NCBI RefSeq assembly: GCF_002571385.2 | Contig: NW_019217962.1 | Span: 126,904 to 188,892, forward strand | Direction of reading: 5' to 3' | From: Stylophora pistillata | Lineage: Eukaryota | Length of the DNA: 61,989 nt | Shown here: piece by piece, positions 40,473-53,400 of the stretch | How positions within the stretch are numbered: the stretch's first letter is position 1 | Layout of the letters: every line of letters starts with the position of its first letter | Position numbers and translations under genes: made by a program | The notes under the pieces: model-generated | Databases searched by the model: none | What the model was told of the DNA's origin: nothing | Seen by the model: the letters and a program-made list of their open reading frames with translations, nothing else

Positions 40473-43400
40473 CGCAATTGTATCTATCGATCTCTGCGTT
40501 TGTATCTATTAGAGTGTCGGATTTCACTAAAAACAGATTATATCGGGTAATGTTTCAGCTAAACTAAAATGAAAATCGAGTAGGGTACTTAGAGAAGCAA
40601 AAACTACTTATATTGTTACCAAAAAATACTGCTAGTCTCCTTCAGGCGATGAGATCAACTGAGTACGCGTTACCTACGTGCTGTTGTGCTGAGCTGTGAT
40701 TAGATGGAATCCCCGACTGTGATTGGCGCATCTTTCGGATCAGGTTCCCTCTGCAGACCGCGGCCGCACGGCTCTCCAGCTCTCCCAGACCTCTGGAATT
40801 TCACTTCAACTCTGCCAGGATTGTTAATGTTGTTAGGGTGAAGTCTTATATGAGTTTCCTCTTTCACCCTGTGTGTATAAAAATGGGGATCACAATCAAC
40901 AAACTTTACTTCGTTCCAGGGCGGGCAGTGTCCGGTGTTGTGGGGATAGTCTGAGACGATGCAGGTCTTTGTCTTAGCGAATGGGATATCCCTGTAGTGA
41001 TCCTTGATTCTCTCTTGCCTAGGTCTGCCAGTTTAGCCGATGTAAACCTTTCCACACTCAATAAGAATCCTGTATACTACGCCACCCTGTTTAGCCAACA
41101 GGGTAGACGGCATCCTTTAGGTGTACTAGATGTGACTGTAGCGTAGCCCCTGACTTGAAAATAGCGCATATGCCTTGTTGTTGTAGAAAGCGGCGAAATT
41201 GTTCGGAGAGGCCTTTGACGTAGGGCAGGACCTCAGTGGATCTGAACTCGGTAGGGGGTTCAGGGCTAGCGGTCGGTGTCTTAGTTTTGGTTACCCTCTG
41301 CACGAAGAAGGAAAGACAACCATTAGAAACAAGAACGGAAGACAGATGTTCCTTCTCCGGCATTGTAGATAACCGAGAGTTTTATTTCGAGATGTTTCGT
41401 GCGCTCGTAAAGGCATTTGACAATAGCGCGCTTTACCAATTGCGGATGGCGAGAATCATAGGCTAGGTATTGGTCAGTGTGTGTCGGCTTCCTGTAGACG
41501 TCGGTGGTAAGGCGTCAAACGGGTTCTCTTGTAACTGCGGAGTCGAGGAAGGCGAGTTTGTTGTTTCTTTCCGTCTCCATAGCGAAGCGAATGAAGGGCT
41601 ATTGGTGGTTTAAATGTTGTGGGAAGCTTTCTAAACTGTTATGGGCCAAGATGGTATAGGTGTCGTCTAGGAAGCGTTTATAGATACTGGGTTTGTAGGG
41701 TGATGATGTTACTGTTTGTTCTTCAAAACTCTTCATGTAGGTTAGCGATGACAGCGGAAACCGGGCTGTCTACAGCTGCGCCCTCTGTCTGCTCGTAAAT
41801 TGATCCATTGTACTCGAAGTACCTAGATCTCAATACGAAATTTAGGAGGTCGGTGATCTGACTAGGTGCTAGTGTCGTGCGGTTAGACAGGCTGGGATCG
41901 TTTTCCAGTTTCTGCCGAGCTGCCTGTACAGCTTCGTCGATCGGAACGTTGGTAAACAACGCTTCAACGTCGATGGGCACCGTGATCTCGTTTTCTGAGT
42001 TGGGCACTGTAAACTTTGAAGCAAAACGGATATCTGATAGTGAAAACATTGAATCGTCGTGCCAAACTATGCTGAGGGTTATGGTGAGTCAGTCAGCGGC
42101 GTTCGCTGTTGTTGTTTTCATCAGGAGACAGGAAGCCACAGGATGACACTCTAACCTTCAAGAATTCAACATGAACACTAAGTGCTTGAAACGAAGAGGA
42201 TATCTATCCGAGGCCGTCTACAACAAGATCGGACCAAAAAACAAACAGCCGCCTAGAATGTACGGTTTACCGAGGATTCTTAAAGCCAGTATACCTCTGA
42301 GACCAATTGTGTCATGCGTGAACACCTTCGTATATGAGTTGTCCACTTAGTCTAGCTAACATCTTATCTCCACTAACAGGTGACTCAGAATTTACAGAAA
42401 GACGAGCAGTATGCAGTCGAAACGTCGCGATCCGCATCCCAAGTGACCATTTCGTGGGACAAACGATTAAATCTCTTCAAAGTTTTGTTTACCACGATGA
42501 ATAACCACAACATATATTATGATATTGTTATTCCTTTCGCAGTGCACGTAGCACAAGGAAAACATGAGTCCTTTACTCAGGGCCCGCGCAGTAAGGTCTG
42601 AGTATGTGTGTTTAAGCGAGAAGGGGGATGCACAAGTTTCAGCCAACAAAGCAGCGGGATGCGGGCATGCTTAGCAGGACAAGTTTCTTTCAAAAATGTA
42701 CGGGGGGACTAATCATAAAGCCCCTTGCCTAGCCCTTTCCTCTCCGTAGTCCCTGTCACTATAAATCAAACCCCAGACCCACAGCTTCTGAGCGTTTGAT
42801 TGGTTGAAAGACATTTATTATTTCTAAACGAAAAATGAGCACAATAACACGTACCCCTCCTTTGCTAAAATTACAAGCTCTTCAGTGAGTGAGAAAACGT
42901 TTCGTTGATACATCAATGCCTTGTTTCGCTTATTTTCTTCATGATCTCAGAAAACTGAATTTCTAACTGAGGTTCTCTTTAGTTCCCCACGTTTTACGCT
43001 AAAAAAGGGGCTTCCTGTTCACGGCGTTTCCAATTGATGGCAGTGTCCCGAGTTTGTCAACAGTCAGGTGGTATCATACAGACTCTCGTTAAATTTTATT
43101 TCGCAGCCATCTTGGACCATCTTTCGTAAGATTCTTGCAATGTTTCGCGTATCGTCAATCCCACAGTGCGGCCGCCCTTCAAATTTCAAACCAAGGTTAT
43201 TGACCATGTCTTCAAGAGTCCCATTTTTCATTTTGTAAAAATTTCTGTACAATTTTCTCAGATTAATCCACTTTCTGGCGTACTTGGGTATAAGAATGGA
43301 GCAGAGTTGGCACTGTTCCGAGAAGAACCGCTTCATATCATGAGGGCTACATTCGGAAAATAAAGAAAGGAATTACTATAAAACCTCTGGTAGCCCCACT

Positions 43401-44105
43401 TTCTCATAGGCCCCTCCCACTAATAATCTGCGGTCTTGAATGAGCCCACTGTTTTAATCCACCCCTAACTCAGACCAAAAACTTCGGGGTCGTTTATGGC
43501 CTAAGAAATCCATCGTGAGTTCGTAAGCTCAACGTCTACAAGGTCTGCAAATTCATTACTCTATTTCTGCCTGGGCGAGACACCATCACGGCGTCTCTCT
43601 CTACCTTGTAGTATATACGAGTACCTGTCACTGGGGTAACAACTCAGTTTTTCCGAAACTCAGTGCAGGGAGTGGAAGAAACGTGTGCGAGAAGTAAACT
43701 CACCCATCAGTAACAACAGCAAATTTATATTCTGATCCAAGTTCATGTTTGTTAAGCCATTGGTGAAAGTTGTCAAGGACTCCTGGGAATGTATCAGCAT
43801 TATCCACCGTTTCCTACCCAGCAAAAGAAAGTAAGTAAAAGTTATTAAGGCCTACATTATAGACAATCCAGTCATCTGAAAGGAGATGACATAAAATACT
43901 AATCAAGCCATGGACTCTTGACAATACATTCAAAACTACAGTCACAAGTCTAACTGTCAGGGACCTCAGAGGGGATGAGGCTGGTAGGGCCATAGCCCCT
44001 CCCCCCCCCCACCCCAATCAGATCTTGAGAATTAGAGGGTCAACTGAGGTAACACACTAAAACAACTGTCTTAATCTGAACAAAATTCTAAACATTGACT
44101 CATTT
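40182..44105 (+). repeat. Segmental duplication copy A (paralogous to ~57668-61805)
   Basis: Colinear similarity runs from ggtgtaagtg..cagctaggcagttgaa through receptor-1 exon 1, the Penelope relic, ERI1 exons 5 and 4, and into ERI1 intron 3 (actgaggtaacac..aaaacaactgtctt). Confidence 0.9.
40630..42470 (-). mobile_element. Decayed Penelope-like element (RT and GIY-YIG on -, with an inverted 5' RT segment on +)
   Basis: Minus-strand remnants DVEALFTNVPIDEA, GAAVDSPVSAVIANL and GVVYRI..CGKVYIG. Plus-strand YGLPRILKASIPLRPIVSCVNT at ~42260-42330. Pseudo-LTR/hammerhead remnant gcagtcGAAACGTCgcgat at ~42414-42432. Confidence 0.82.
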
Positions 44106-47100
44106 CCATGTATACTGAAAAAGAGTGATTAAAACTACGCTTGGGCACTCAAATGTTTCCCACCAGCTACTTTTAGTAAATACTGGTTACTAAGCCCAGA
44201 AGGATCATATAGCAGGGTCAGAGCTACTAGACTAATTTTTTTTTTCTGTAATAGTTTATTTATTCCATCTAACAGAGCATTCTACAATATAATTAATTCT
44301 ATGGTCCAGAGAAAAATTAGTGTAAAAATATAAATTCACTGTGGAAACTAATTTAATATACACTAGGAAAGAAACATTTTGATTGATATTAAGTTTTTTT
44401 TTTACCTTAGAAGATTCTCAATGTTTAATATCTCTTCACTATCACATGCTTTAGAAAACACATTTTGCTGGTATAAGTAATATTTTTCTAATAATAAACT
44501 CAAACTAGACTCATAATGCTTAAAGAACCATTTAAAAAATAAATTCCATGTTGCAGCGCATCTGTTCATTATTACAAGTACAGTGAAACCTCGATTTAAT
44601 GAAGTGCTAAGGGACTGGGTTAATTGGTTTGTTATATTGAGGGTTTATTATATCGAGGTTCTGTGGCATACATTTTACGGTAACTTTAGCCAGGCTGAAA
44701 CTGAAGTATACTTCGTTATACTGAAGACTTTGTTATATAGATCGAGGTTCATTAAATTGAGGTTCCACTTTACACGTACAGTAGATCAAAGATGACCTGA
44801 AAGCATGGTATGAACAAAGAAGGTGGCACATGAGGTGCAGCTGAGTGTTTCACTGATGTTCTTACTACTGAGTCTCCTGTGATTTGTTTATGAACAGAAC
44901 CACAGCAACATGAAATCTGTTTGTTTTATGTAATAAAGATGCAAAAAGTTGATAATGGTGACATCATGGGTTTTTCCTCCAATAGTAAGTAAGAACCAAT
45001 AATGTAGAATTCAGCTTATTATCTAAACAAAAATCAGAGCACAAGACTGGTTACCAGGACTCTAGTGATAGAGATTAAAGAAATTACTCATGGACATGAG
45101 TAATGAATAATAATGTTGTTAATATTTTGACTTTTGTTACCTGAGTAACTCCAGTTAGGTTCTGACAGAACTGTGATAGTTCTGGCTTATCTTGTGGTTT
45201 GCAGTACTCGTGAAATTCAGACACCTGAAGAGATAATTTTATGTCAAACTGGTGTAAGACCTGTCCTGAATACAAACAATAGCTAACATAGCGTGTTGAA
45301 ATGCATTTCAAAGATCAGCGGGGAGGATCAAGGGATCTCTTGTTAAAAACACTAATTGAAAGTATCAATCATTAGCCCCAAATGTCAAATTTGGTTGAGT
45401 TACCATTAGGTTTGTTCACATGACTTGAATGTTTAAAACATTTCTGATGGTGGCCCACATTTTCTTTTATCTGAAATACAGAGTATAACTGAATGCCAAG
45501 GCCAATTCCTTTTAGACTCCCAATTAGCCCTCTTGAGGGGAGGTAATCTGACTAGAGAATGAGTAGAACTATACATGGTGAAAGGCTGCTGGTCAAATGT
45601 AGCCAAGTGGTATTGGGCACTGGTCTTGTTACAGGTGGTGATCCCAAGTTGAGGCCCTCCACTCTACTACTCACTGGTCAGATTTGTCCTCATTTGCTTC
45701 AAGTTCAATTCATTGGGTATACTTTGTACACTGTACTTCGCCACTTGGGATTTCCTAACACTTTAAGCTTAATATGTTTATTTACAATATTCATTTGTTT
45801 TCATTTATGGCCTACATGTATATGAAAATTACTTCGTGCAAATCTGGTTCACCCCAGTAAAATACAGTGTATTCTTATCAGTTTTTTTCACTCAAGCAGC
45901 AGATCACAATAACAAGGATGGAAAATGCAAAATCTTCAACTTTCAACATGAGTTCTAGTACCTTTTTCTTGTAACAGAAATCACTAAAATATATTTGATC
46001 TTGGAAGGTAATACCTCTCTAACCAAAAAGATTGCCACAGCAAAAAATTCAAAAGCAAGGCTTCCCCATCAACCCTATCCTATTCCCCTGGAGACGATTT
46101 GTTTAAACAAAAGTCACTGTGATAGATGTTTTCTTTCAGGCAAGAAATAATTTTCAGCAGTACCAAAGCAATTTCCAAAATTGTCAACATTAAGACCCTA
46201 CAGAGTTTTCATACTACACTTTATGTTGCTAAGAGGCCATAAAGAGAAAAACTCCAGGATTAAGCAGCCACTACTCAACATAGTTAATGCCTGCGAGAAA
46301 CTGCAAATTTTTGGATGCTTTCTAAATGTTGCATTCTAAAATAAATTAGCATTGAAATATTTTATTTTCAAACTTCTTGGATTTGTGTTTCTAAGTCCAA
46401 GGATGCCAGAAATAAAGGCAAAAAAAAAACAATTCAAACTACAATAGTTTAAAATCATTTTGATCACAAACTGCAGACATTACATTTCAATTACAATGTA
46501 TATGTTACTTTAATTTAATGAACAATACACATGTCGTTTTAATACCCCCTGAAAATTAAGGAGAGTTGGCAAATAGATGTTCTTGCAAAGCTTACAAACC
46601 TTTTCCAGTGTAACTGCATCCAAAAGTACTGCAGGGAACTCAATTATCTCATGGATGTAGCCGTTTGGATTATTCTCCTCGCACGTTCCTTCAAAATCTA
46701 TGACACAGTAGAAATGAACCTCGTTTGTTCTCTTTTCTTGTACCAGCTTAGCTTGAGCCAGCTTCTCTTTTTTTATGTGATTTTTTAGACGCTTTCGGAG
46801 AACTTCCTTTACCCCTCTACAAAATGAATCAGAATTGTTAGATTCTCAAACTTAAGCCTCTTCTTCGCAGATGAAAGTGGGGCATCTACATGTAGTAGAT
46901 AAAAATATACAACTGCAGGAAGGATATTTGTCTTATCTTCGATCAATAATTTTATTACAGTGTGTGGAAAGTACATCATCTCTCTCTATGAGATATTGAT
47001 GGTCTCTGAATTTTGCGTTATTTGGCGAGGCAGAGCTTTGACTACGTTTTAATGCCTTCCTAATCCTTCCCTTATCCCCATTCTCTTATCCGTTAGTCAG

Positions 47101-47345
47101 GCTTAGAACAGCGCCGTTGAACCGAGTTTGTTTGAGTTAATTTCAGGTCAAATATTTCATTGCACTCACCGTGAATCCAGCCCACGCTCTTTCAGTTCTC
47201 TCTTGACTTCATCCTTTTTCATTTTATTTATTTTTCCGTTTGAAAATGATATTTCCCTGAACACTGGATGATCATTGAGGGGAGCTTTCCTGTTCTCCGT
47301 ACTTTCATTTTCACTCCCAACTACATCAAGAAATCCTTCCGCCAT
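43064..47345 (-). CDS. ERI1: 3'-5' exoribonuclease 1 (SAP + DEDDh), copy 1; 5 exons, ~289 aa
   Basis: Exons 47170-47345, 46600-46816, 45141-45224, 43704-43813 and 43064-43346, all GT-AG with consistent phases. SAP region HPVFREISFSNGKINKMKKDEVKRELKERGLDSRGVKEVLRKRLK. Catalytic motifs VIDFEGTCE, HEIIEFPAV, TDGPHDM and HCGIDDTRNIARI. Confidence 0.9.
44581..44770. mobile_element. Tc1/pogo-like MITE in ERI1 intron 3
   Basis: ta-CAGTGAAACCTCGATTTAATGAA...TTCATTAAATTGAGGTTCCACT inverted termini. Confidence 0.65.
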
Positions 47346-47438
47346 TTTTTGCTTGTTTTCAAATTAACCGCTGATCGCATTGTCTTTCGGTCGCGTAAAA
47401 CCAGGCCTCTTCCGGTTTCCTTCTTGAGGAAGAGAATT
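47346..47438. promoter_or_regulatory. Putative compact bidirectional promoter between ERI1 (-) and LRR receptor 2 (+)
   Basis: 93 bp separate the divergent ATGs (47345 and 47439). The segment is CpG-containing, with an ETS-type CCGGAAG on the minus strand (47409-47415) and a YY1-like AAAATGGCGG overlapping the ERI1 start. Confidence 0.6.
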
Positions 47439-50400
47439 ATGGCTCTAACTCTTGTATCAAAATATTCCCTTCTACCCGTAGTGTTCAGGATCGTGGTGCT
47501 CCTCGTTTGCTTCGAACATAACCGATCTCTTAGGTTCGGAGGAAGCTTGTCAAACTATGGATCAAGGTCACTCTACTACAGAACAAGGCGGAACAAACCA
47601 GACATCGGAGGTAAGTGCGAGCCAGTAGAAAAGCATAGTCGACTCATAACAGGCAGTGTCGTACCACACTTGATACACACTTTTTTGTTTACTACTACTG
47701 ATAAAACAACGAACAGGGTTGTTTTTCTTTTTTTCTGCCAAGTATTCTTTGAGACTAGAATAGTGGGGCTGTGGTGCTGGGGGTTTATCGGGCGCTCAAA
47801 ACTTTCAGACCAGCTACCAAGGCGTAAAGTCACACTCTTCCGAGAAATTCCATTTCCACGATTTTCGTGAAAATCGGTAGAACTGGATTACTTGAATCAT
47901 ATAGTTCAGGTTACTTCAGAAGCAGTACATGTATGTAACCAATACACGTTGTAATTTGGTAATATCAACTAAGCTGAAATTGTAAATTGGCCACCGTAAA
48001 GAGTTAAGAGGCTGTCTCTCTTATTTCCACCCGGTCAATTTCGCGTCAAAAATAATTTTGCCTGAAACTCTGTCAACAGAAAGACTTTACTTAAGAAAGA
48101 ACTAAATTAGATTTGAATAAAGGCTGATAGTTTCAAAAGAAACTGTTTGGCACTGCGTCGCAGGGGGTAACGAAATAATTTGAATATATCAACAAAGTTG
48201 AAATGGTAAGTGTGATGTGCGATCCTCGCAGTAGATAGCGCTATTTATGCAATAGCGAAAATCAGACCTGAAAAAAATCAGGCCTGTACGGGACTCGAAC
48301 CACTGACCTCTGCGATACTAGTGCAGCGCTCTACCAATTGAGCTAACAAGCCAACTGGGAGCAGGCCGTTAAGTTGATTCGTAATAAACCCGTGAAAGTG
48401 ATAAATGAGATGCAATGAATATATGAAGTTCATATATTTTGAACTGCGGTATTAGATACGTATGATGCACGATCCTCGCAGTAGATAGCGCTATTTATGC
48501 AATAGCGAAAATCAGACCTGAAAAAAATCAGGCCTGTACGGGACTCGAACCACTGACCTCTGCGATACTAGTGCAGCGCTCTACCAATTGAGCTAACAAG
48601 CCAACTGGGAGCAGGCCGTTAAGTTGATTCGTAATAAACCCGTGAAAGTGATAAATGAGATGCAATGAATATATGAAGTTCATATATTTTGAACTGCGGT
48701 ATTAGATACGTATGATGTGCGATCCTCGCAGTAGATAGCGCTATTTATGCAATAGCGAAAATCAGACCTGAAAAAAATCAGGCCTGTACGGGACTCGAAC
48801 CACTGACCTCTGCGATACTAGTGCAGCGCTCTACCAATTGAGCTAACAAGCCAACTGGGAGCAGGCCGTTAAGTTGATTCGTAATAAACCCGTGAAAGTG
48901 ATAAATGAGATGCAATGAATATATGAAGTTCATATATTTTGAACTGCGGTATTAGATACGTATGATGTGCGATCCTCGCAGTAGATAGCGCTATTTATGC
49001 AATAGCGAAAATCAGACCTGAAAAAAATCAGGCCTGTACGGGACTCGAACCACTGACCTCTGCGATACTAGTGCAGCGCTCTACCAATTGAGCTAACAAG
49101 CCAACTGGGAGCAGGCCGTTAAGTTGATTCGTAATAAACCCGTGAAAGTGATAAATGAGATGCAATGAATATATNAAATTATAGAATCTACGCTTAACAT
49201 AGACGTCAACTGCTACGCCAACGACACGAACGCTAGATTGTTTGAGCGGTTGTTAAAGTTTCAGCGAGCAACTGAGAAAGTAGAAGCTAAAAACTGAACT
49301 GAAACTCTTTATTCGCACTATTTCAAGAGGTTACTACAGATTATAAAAGTCAGAATATATAAGAAACAGTAAATTACATCAATAATCAAAAGGAAATACA
49401 AGACGCCTTTCAATCTAGGCCAAGGGCTAAACGCTTGCTTCGACCTACAGATGGAGATCAGGAGGAAAAAAGCGCGTGCTTGCCGTCAACAAACCGGGCG
49501 AAGCTTCGAGAACACTGCAATTTAGGTCGGCCAACGTCTCCTACACTACTTGTACTTCTTCATTTGCCAGTCCGCTGCTAGCTGGAGCGAACCCGATTAG
49601 TTATGTTCGTGGCTTCTTATCACCGGTACAGGAAATCGGCCCGAATTATCGAGTGTTTCCGCACGTTGGTACAACGCAACAACAATAACAATAATATGAC
49701 CACTTTCATCGGTAACATGGTCAAACACGAGCGGGAGTGCTTGATATATTAACGATTTCCCGGATCCTGTAGGCAACTTAACAAAAACATCTTCTTTCTC
49801 GACTAAAACTTTTTTAATTGCAAGCTTCTGGTGAGCTTTAAGCTCGAAAATTTTGAACTTTGACGACGCTTTGCGAAAAGCTCCTTCAAGCACCGCCATT
49901 TGTCTTGTGTTTTCCACATGAGGATCGCGATAGAAAACGATATCTGATTGGACGAGTCTCAAAAGGTGAGTCTGGCGCGAAAAGGTTCCTGAAAATGGAA
50001 CCCGAGCTGTGATTGGCCAATTCGGAGAAAGGAATGTAGTGCGGTTGTCAGCAGCCGTTCTTTTGGGGGAGCGTTGCGTGACATCCAAAAAAAACGGCTG
50101 CGAGGGAGACTACATAGTTAAGCCACCGAATTTATATCAGATTGCTTAAAAACCTTTCTAGTTTGCCAAGAAAGTTAGAATTTGCCCTCTCAATATATTT
50201 GAAGAGGCGAATTTTAGCATATTTTGACCACTATAAGTCGCCATCGGCCGATGGCCGTAAATAACCTTTATTTAGACGTTAAGTTTTGGGATTTGGGACC
50301 TGGTTGATAACTCTATCCTACACAGCCGTTAAGTTTACACCTTTATAGGCAAAAACATGTACGTTTCCGATTTCAAAAGTTATGACCATTTCAGAATCAG

Positions 50401-53400
50401 CACATGCACGAACATTCGCGATATTTTCATCTACACTAAAATCGAAACACTGGAGCAGATTTCGTTATAAATACAGCTTACCTTCGGCGCATCTTGGTTT
50501 TATGTGAAATTTCAGATGTTCCTTGCTCTCCAAATTGGTGAACTTAATGATAACTCCAGCTAATAACTCCAACTTCAGCGGTCGGCATCTATCGACACTC
50601 TTCTTTAACTGGTTGTTGCGAAGTACTGTTGAAACTTTGGATCGCTGCTGCATTCTCTTCAAGAATCAGTCATATCACTCCACAAGTCTATATGCCGAAG
50701 TTTGGGGGCTAAAATTTGGAATTTAAAGCTGAACGATAGCACTATGGAACACAGCCGTCGTTCCGTTTTCACAGAGGTCCGCATTAACCATTGCCGGTGA
50801 ACCTGCTGGCACTTTATTTTTTCTGGAAGGCCTGTAAGTGTAGTATGGCATGCAAGTGCTTTTTCTAAAGAAGAATAGCGTCAGTCTGTAGCGAGTTTTC
50901 AGCGAGGTTGAAAAAGCTCTCAGAATGTAGAGGTGACATCAATGATCATCTACAAGCATGTCCTTTAGGTCAGCTTAGAGGAAAGGTACAAGAATATGAG
51001 CTTATCGTTAACAGGTCAGGGTTGCCACACGACCTTTCCCCTTATCAAGTTGAAGAACTCTGGATCTGCGAAAAGCGTTGAGGAAACATGGGTAAAAACT
51101 GGCGACCATGTCGCACTTGCCAGTACCCGCTGCACAACGGCCGGAAAAAGCAGCTAAATACTAGAAATGTAGTTCATCTCGACATGTCAAGGGAAGTTAA
51201 TACTATCTTTGCACAACTCGTTCCAACAGGTTCCGTATGATTTCTATGTAAATTCTAGCTTACCAATCAGGTATTGTCCTGAAATGTGGAGCACGGTTTA
51301 AATTAAGATAAGATCTAGACATATATTGAGGTGCGGTAAATGTCAGAATTCAGTATTTTGGAATTTGATTAACATTTGGGCCAAAGCTCGTACGCAAGTG
51401 AGTATAAAACAAAACAAAAGTCAAGAATCCTTTCCTGCAAAAATTCTATCTGAGGTCAGATGAAGCCGGTTGCTGTCGCAACAGCTCCATAGTAACAGCT
51501 GTGAGAGATGTCGCAAAAGGAGTTGGGGTTGAAGTTCATAGTTATCACTACTCGGAGCCGCAGTCTGGTGAAGACATTTGTAATCGTATCCTCTGCCCTA
51601 TGAGGTCCTCTATTCGTGCTTACTTGAACGAAGGGCACGATGTTCTAACTGTCGTGGACATGAGAGATGCATTAACGCAACACCCAATGAAGGGAACAAC
51701 CGCTGCAGTTAGCATAGTCAACGAATCAAAAAAGACTGTATAAATAACATTGAGCATTTTAGTAGCTTCCAGAACTTCGAATATGGAGATACCGGTCTGA
51801 GAGTTTGGAGATGTTATGGCATCGGTAAAGGGAAGTACATTCCATATGACGTGATTGATATCAAGCACCAAGGTCAAACGTCCCTTCAAGCCATAGAATC
51901 TCCAGGCTTTTATGATCCTCCTGAAAAGCATGTGGTCAAGCATGGTTCAAAGGAGAGCAAGGAAACAGAGAGTACAACGCATTGTTTGAATGCTCTGTGC
52001 TTGGATGTGTTGAAGTGATCGAAACGTTTTCGCAACTAGAGCTGCACCTGGACGTTGGAAAGCATACAGTCAGCAGGTTAAGCGAGTATGATGCAATCAA
52101 AATGGACTGAGCCCTTAAGTTCTCGTCGATAGTTACCGCTGGTATCGAGTGTTCGAGCTGTTCGTCAGATTCCAGTACGCCACTCACTTCTCCCGGGGTT
52201 ACTTCGCGCACTCGCCTCTACGAACAGGATGGGCCGTAGGCAAACCGAGGGTCAGTGTTAGATTTTCAAAGAATGTAAAAGAATACCTAACGGCACGGTT
52301 TACACTTGGAGAAAGAAATGGGCGGAAGGCAGACCCCGACCAAGTTGCAGTGGACATGCGAAATGCGAAAAATGAGTCAAAGACACGTTTGTTCACTGGA
52401 GAACAGTGGCTGACAAAGAGCCAAGTTCAGCGCTTTTTCTCCCGGCTAGCAGCAATGCGACGCAAAGATCAGAGTGTGATCGGGATTTTACTGGACGGGG
52501 AGACACGTATGACCTCTGTGAACGTTACCACAGTAACACACTTCAGAAATTGCATGTGGTTTTGTTGAGAGCCATCTGTAGTCATTTTGAGATCTCTATA
52601 AAATTGAGAGACATAAAGCAGATCCTCGTAGACAAACTGTCGGACGTGATTAGTGACTGTCAATGTGTTCACAGTAGAATTATGTAGAACATGTCTTATA
52701 CAGTTGCTGAAAGTGTAGAATATGCTCTACAGATACAAACTGCCTTTAGTTCCTATATCATTGAAGTTCTGAAGGCGTTGTCAATGTAATACTCAAAGCT
52801 TATAATATCTCTGACATTAAATTCTGTCGTGCTTTACGCACTTAGAATTCATAACTAAATCAGTGAAAGATAGAACCTAGTTTGACGACATGTCAAGCAG
52901 TATCTGATACACGATATAGGCATCGCACTGAGCCTTGCTCCTCATGTCAAAATTATTTAAGTAGTTTGATTTTAGTTTAGGTGAAAAAATTGCGAATGCC
53001 GGTGCATGTGCTGATTCAAACGGTCATAACTTTTGAAAAAATGAAAACGTACAGGGGTTTTTGCATACTTTTGCTTACAAAGGTCTAAACTTAACAGCTG
53101 TGTAGGATAGAGTTGTCAACCAGGTCCCAAATCCCAAAACTTAACGTCTAAATAAAGGTTATTTACGGCCATCGGCCGATGGCGACTTATAGTGGTCAGA
53201 ATATGCTAAAATTCGCCTTTTTAAATATATCGGGAGGGCAATTTCTAACTTTCTTGGCAAACTAGAAAGGTTTTTAAGCAATCTGTTATAAATTCGGTGC
53301 TTAACTATGCGAATCAAATATTTTACAATGTTACAAAATATGGCTATTTTCAATTTTCGAGACGTTGCGACGGTCCCCACGGACTGGGAAATAATTATGG

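Noticed and set aside
47268-47870. 200-aa standalone ORF
   Set aside because: It overlaps ERI1 exon 1 on the opposite strand. Only 47439-47610 looks coding and it ends at a strong donor.
48280-49102. Four functional tRNA-Thr genes
   Set aside because: The T stem has two mismatches, the anticodon stem has an A-C pair, and the copies sit in a 250-bp repeat inside a transposon. They are treated as pseudo-tRNA.
49597-50088. Host RecQ helicase gene
   Set aside because: Only the Q motif and Walker A are present before the frame degrades, and it sits next to a transposon terminus inside a TIR.
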